From Octopus sinensis (Eukaryota): 64,000 nt of DNA. The stretch covers positions 8,990,001-9,054,000 of the forward strand of contig NC_043020.1 in assembly GCF_006345805.1 (NCBI RefSeq), in the 5' to 3' direction. Positions 60,251 through 64,000 of this stretch are shown piece by piece. The translations under genes were made by a program, and so were the position numbers. The notes under the pieces are model-generated. The model was not told the origin of the DNA, did not search any database, and worked only from the letters and a program-made list of their open reading frames with translations. Each line of letters begins with the position of its first letter. Positions within the stretch are counted from its first letter, which is position 1.

Positions 60251-61871
60251 AGAGAGATGGTTTTGAAACTGATACACATGCTTGTGTGGATATCGAGTGT
60301 ATTTTGGTTATGTATATAGGTCAACTTGTGTAATGACTTTCCCCAGGCTGGTTATTGAAAAGTTTTAGAGAATTTTTTTTTATTTTTTTGTGTCTTTTTT
60401 TCTTTTTCTTTTTCCAATGTTGCTAAGTGTGAAATGGAGAGGTGGTTACCAGTGGTTATTCTGATGAACCTCACAGCTTGACATGTTTTTATTTCCTGGA
60501 TATTGTCAAAAACCCGAGATCACTATGATGGTCCAACGACTCTTTGGCTTATGGAACGGAGAACAGAGGGTGTCTGGGAGGAAAATAGCAGAAGAGGGTT
60601 AGGTGGTGTTGGTCTGTTGTGGGAGGGTGGGGTGAGAATAGCAGTTTTTCCTTTTCTTCTTCACCACTCACAGGATTGCTGACACCATCATCTTTGTTTT
60701 TGTCATAACTGTTATTGTTGTCATTGTTGCTGTCATCGTTGTCATTGTCATCATTGCCACTGTCACGGCTATCATTCTCATCATGTTCGGAGGAAAAATT
60801 CTTTAGCGTTAATAATTTTTCTTCTCCAAAGAACAAGGGAAACAACTTCAATATTTAAGGAAAGAAGTCTGCTTTGTGTGTGTGTGTGTGTTTCTGTAGT
60901 GGGTGCTTTTTACGTACCACTGGCACAGGTGCCGGAGGAGGCTGGCAACGGCCACGATTGGTTGGTGCTTTTTACATGCCACCGGCACGGAAGCCAGTCA
61001 AAGCGGCGCTGGCATCGGCCACATTCGGACGGTGCTTTTTACGTGCCACCAGCACGGGTATCACAACTACAATTTCCATTTGATTTTTATTTTGATGTTG
61101 ATGTACCTGATTCAATAGGTCTCCTCAAGCACAACAGGTCGCCCTACAACCCAAGGTAAGCACAGCAGGCCATCACCTGGATGTCATACAAAATGTTATA
61201 AACAAGTGTGCTGTCATACAAGCAGTGTCCCTCATTTTCAGTCTTCCATGCTTGTGATCTCTGCTTACAGCAGAATGAGCTCTTATGAGATGGTTGCCAC
61301 CATAGTGTGAATCTATTACCGGACATATCTCGTGTTAGTTTGATCACCCATTCTCTGGCATGTTGGGGTAGGGTATTCATTTTGGAGTTTTTCCTTCTTC
61401 TACATTGATTGCTTTTACCACAGCCAAGGAGCTCAGTCTAACCTCATAAAAATTTATTTAACTTGTGCCACGTCGACTGGCTTCCATGCCGGTGGCACGT
61501 AAAATGCACCAATCCAACCGTGGCCGATGCCAGCCTCACCTGGCACCAGTGCAGGTGGCACGTAAAAAGCACCCACTACACTCACGGAGTGGTTGGCGTT
61601 AGGAAGGGCATCCAACTGTAGAAACATTGCCAGATAAGACCGGAGCCTGGTGCAGCCTTGTGGCTTCCCGGATCCCCGGTCGAACCGTCCAACCCATGCT
61701 AGCATGGAGAACGGACGTTAATCGATGATGATGATGATGTCCATAGGATCATGACCGGCACTGTTATTCCAGGTCAGAACCAACTTGGGAGTTACGGTAA
61801 TTAAGGGTTTGGCCCCTTGCTCCTCACAACTTCAGGAACTCTCAAGCTGGAACCTGACCACTGGTCACAGT

Positions 61872-62244
61872 TTAACCCTTTAGCATTTAAACCGGCCATA
61901 TCCAGCCAAAAGTATTCTACCTGTTTTATGTTCAAACTGGCCAGATCTGGTCTCTCACACCAGCCCTACAATATCATTTTAAAAATTAACAGCTACCTCA
62001 TCAAAATCTCATAGCTACAAGATAATGCATTTAAACTGGCCATATCCGGCCTAAAGTATTCTGCCTGTTTTATGTTCAAATTGGCCAGATCTGGTCCCTC
62101 ACACCAGCCCTACAATATCATTTTAAAAATTAACAGCTACCTCATCAAAATCTCATAGCACCAAGATAATGCCTAATTAGTTCAAGGCAATGTGGATAAA
62201 AAAGGATTCATTTTGGCAGAATAATGCGAACACTAAAGGGTTAA
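61872..62244 (+). mobile_element. TTAA MITE (P1) with internal 144-bp tandem duplication
   Basis: gcatttaaac at 61883 and 62027; TTAA at both ends. Confidence 0.9.
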
Positions 62245-63869
62245 GGGCATACCCATACATATAGCCGAGTATACCTATTCTGTTCAACAACTCTGGTGTG
62301 AAGAACAAAAAGAATGACAATTATTTCTTAATTAGCAAAATCTCTTAAAAAACTAGTTTCCAGATTTTGATTTTAAAGTTTCAATTACGAGTTTGATTGA
62401 GGCTCATTTATTTTCTTCATTGATATTTTGCGTATTTTAAAAAAAAATATTTTATTTTACCATTTAACGTGTTTTTCTCTGCTTCCATGGATGGAATTTT
62501 GTACTTTATTGACGATGGTTTTGGTGTTTTCCTTGTTGGTGCTGCTACGGACATTTGCGTAATTTTGATGTAATTATTCTCTGTTCTTTAAGCTGCACAA
62601 TGCTGTTTCCTCTTCTGCTGCAAAAGCGCTCATCTGTGAAGCAGTGGTGCAGTGCAGCTTGTTGCTGGAGTTGGCTTTCCAGGAGGGGGAAGTGCCGTTT
62701 GCTCTCTAGCGAGTCCAACACCAGCAACAATAGACCGCTCCCCCACTTTCTCCCACTTCCCTGCACTTCTCATTGTTCTCCCCCCATCTTGCTCCCCCTC
62801 CTCCTCCTCTTCTTCTTCCCACTCCTGCACACACTCCTCCCCACCACCATCTTCACTCATCCCTCTCCTTCCCCTTATCCTCCCTGCCCACATTCCTCCT
62901 CATCCTCTCCCCCTCCCCCTCCTCTTCATCTCTCCCTCCTCCTCCTCCTCCCCCTCCCCCTCATCCTCCTCCAGTAACTGATTCTCCCGCTGCTAAGAGC
63001 CCCCCCCCGTCATGTCATCTCGTTTATTCTTCTGTTGTTTGGCCAGCTGGCAGTCTCCCCCCCCGCTTCCGCCCCGGAAACCATGGTAACTGGAAACTGC
63101 GAATCAGTTTCAAGTTTTTGTATTCTGAGTTCCAATCCTTCCAGGGTTAAAGAAATATCAAGGCCTGAGGTCAGTTCAATGACATTTAACTCTCCCACCA
63201 TGTGAGAGATCTTATGTTGATACACCAGGAGAACCTTTGTTGGAAATGATTATAAATTATGATAATTGATATGATGGTGGGAATAGATTATTATGATTAT
63301 TGGGTATGGCTGTGTGGTAAAAGGTTTGCTTCCCCAGCCAGGTCCAATCCCACTACACAGGTGTCTTCTATTGACCAAAACCTTGTGAGTGGATTTAGCA
63401 AATGGAAACTGAAAGAATCCCGTCATGTATATTATTGGCACGTAAAAGCACCATCCGTTCGTGTCCATTGCCAGCCTTGCCTGGCCCCCGTGCCAGTGGC
63501 ACGTAAAAGCACCATCCATTCGTGGCCGTTTGCCAGCTCCATCTGGCACCTGTGCGGGTGGCACGTAAAAAGCACCCACTACACTCACGGAGTGGTTGGC
63601 GTTAGGAAGGGCATCCAGCCGTAGAAACACTGTCAGATCTGACTGGGCCTGATGCGGCCTTCTGGCTTCACAGACCCCAGTTGAACCGTCCAACCCATGC
63701 TAGCATGGAAAACGGACGCTAAATGATGATGATGATGATGATATGTATATATCTTTGTGTATATTTGTCCCCTACTATTGCTTGATGGCCTGTGTTGGTT
63801 TGTTTACATCCTTGTTGCTTAGCAGTTTGGTAAAAGTGACCAATAAAATAAGTACCAGACTTAAAAACA

Positions 63870-64000
63870 ATCCTTTGCACAAGGGCTGAAATTTGGTGGG
63901 AGGGGGCCAGTTGATCAGATCGATCCCCAGTATGCAACTGGTACTTAATTTATTGACCCCGAAAGAATGAAAGGCAAAGTCGGCTTTGGTGGAATTTGAA
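63870..64000 (-). mobile_element. SINE family B (ATT-tail variant), runs off the window
   Basis: gaaaggcaaagtc and ggaatttgaa core. Confidence 0.75.

Noticed and set aside
57344-60324. Long ORFs (up to 369 aa) here and at 20399-21126, 22302-23183, 25884-26348 and 42832-44329
   Set aside because: They are translations of TA/TG, CA or CT repeats that lack stop codons by composition.

Overview
AT-rich, repeat-saturated eukaryotic DNA. The SINE, MITE and microsatellite content is typical of an octopus (coleoid cephalopod) genome, but this is an inference. No intact gene can be named. Nearly all ORFs in the supplied track are microsatellite or repeat artefacts. The only recognisable protein relics are a decayed Tc1/mariner transposase (3708-4683, minus) and RTE-clade LINE reverse-transcriptase C-termini (33181-34200 minus, 35155-35608 plus, 56530-57220 minus). 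The window also holds at least five tRNA-headed SINE families (CORE-like, Nin/Deu-like, V-like and others) and about 20 RTE-type 3' ends with (GAT)n tails. DNA elements include TTAA (piggyBac-type) MITEs, a hAT-type MITE, a MULE-like MITE with a 10-bp TSD, three non-autonomous Helitrons and two Helentron-type elements. There are several minisatellites (20, 22, about 28, 41, 124 and 137 bp units) and a 2.9-kb TA/TG microsatellite. The most notable observations are: a well-formed type I hammerhead ribozyme candidate behind an octamer and TATA box (10424-10493); SINE trimers with a fixed dyad junction at two loci; a satellite growing inside an RTE-tailed element; a filled/empty Helitron site pair; a near-identical inverted SINE pair that could be an ADAR substrate; and a few isolated splice-flanked exon candidates on the plus strand.
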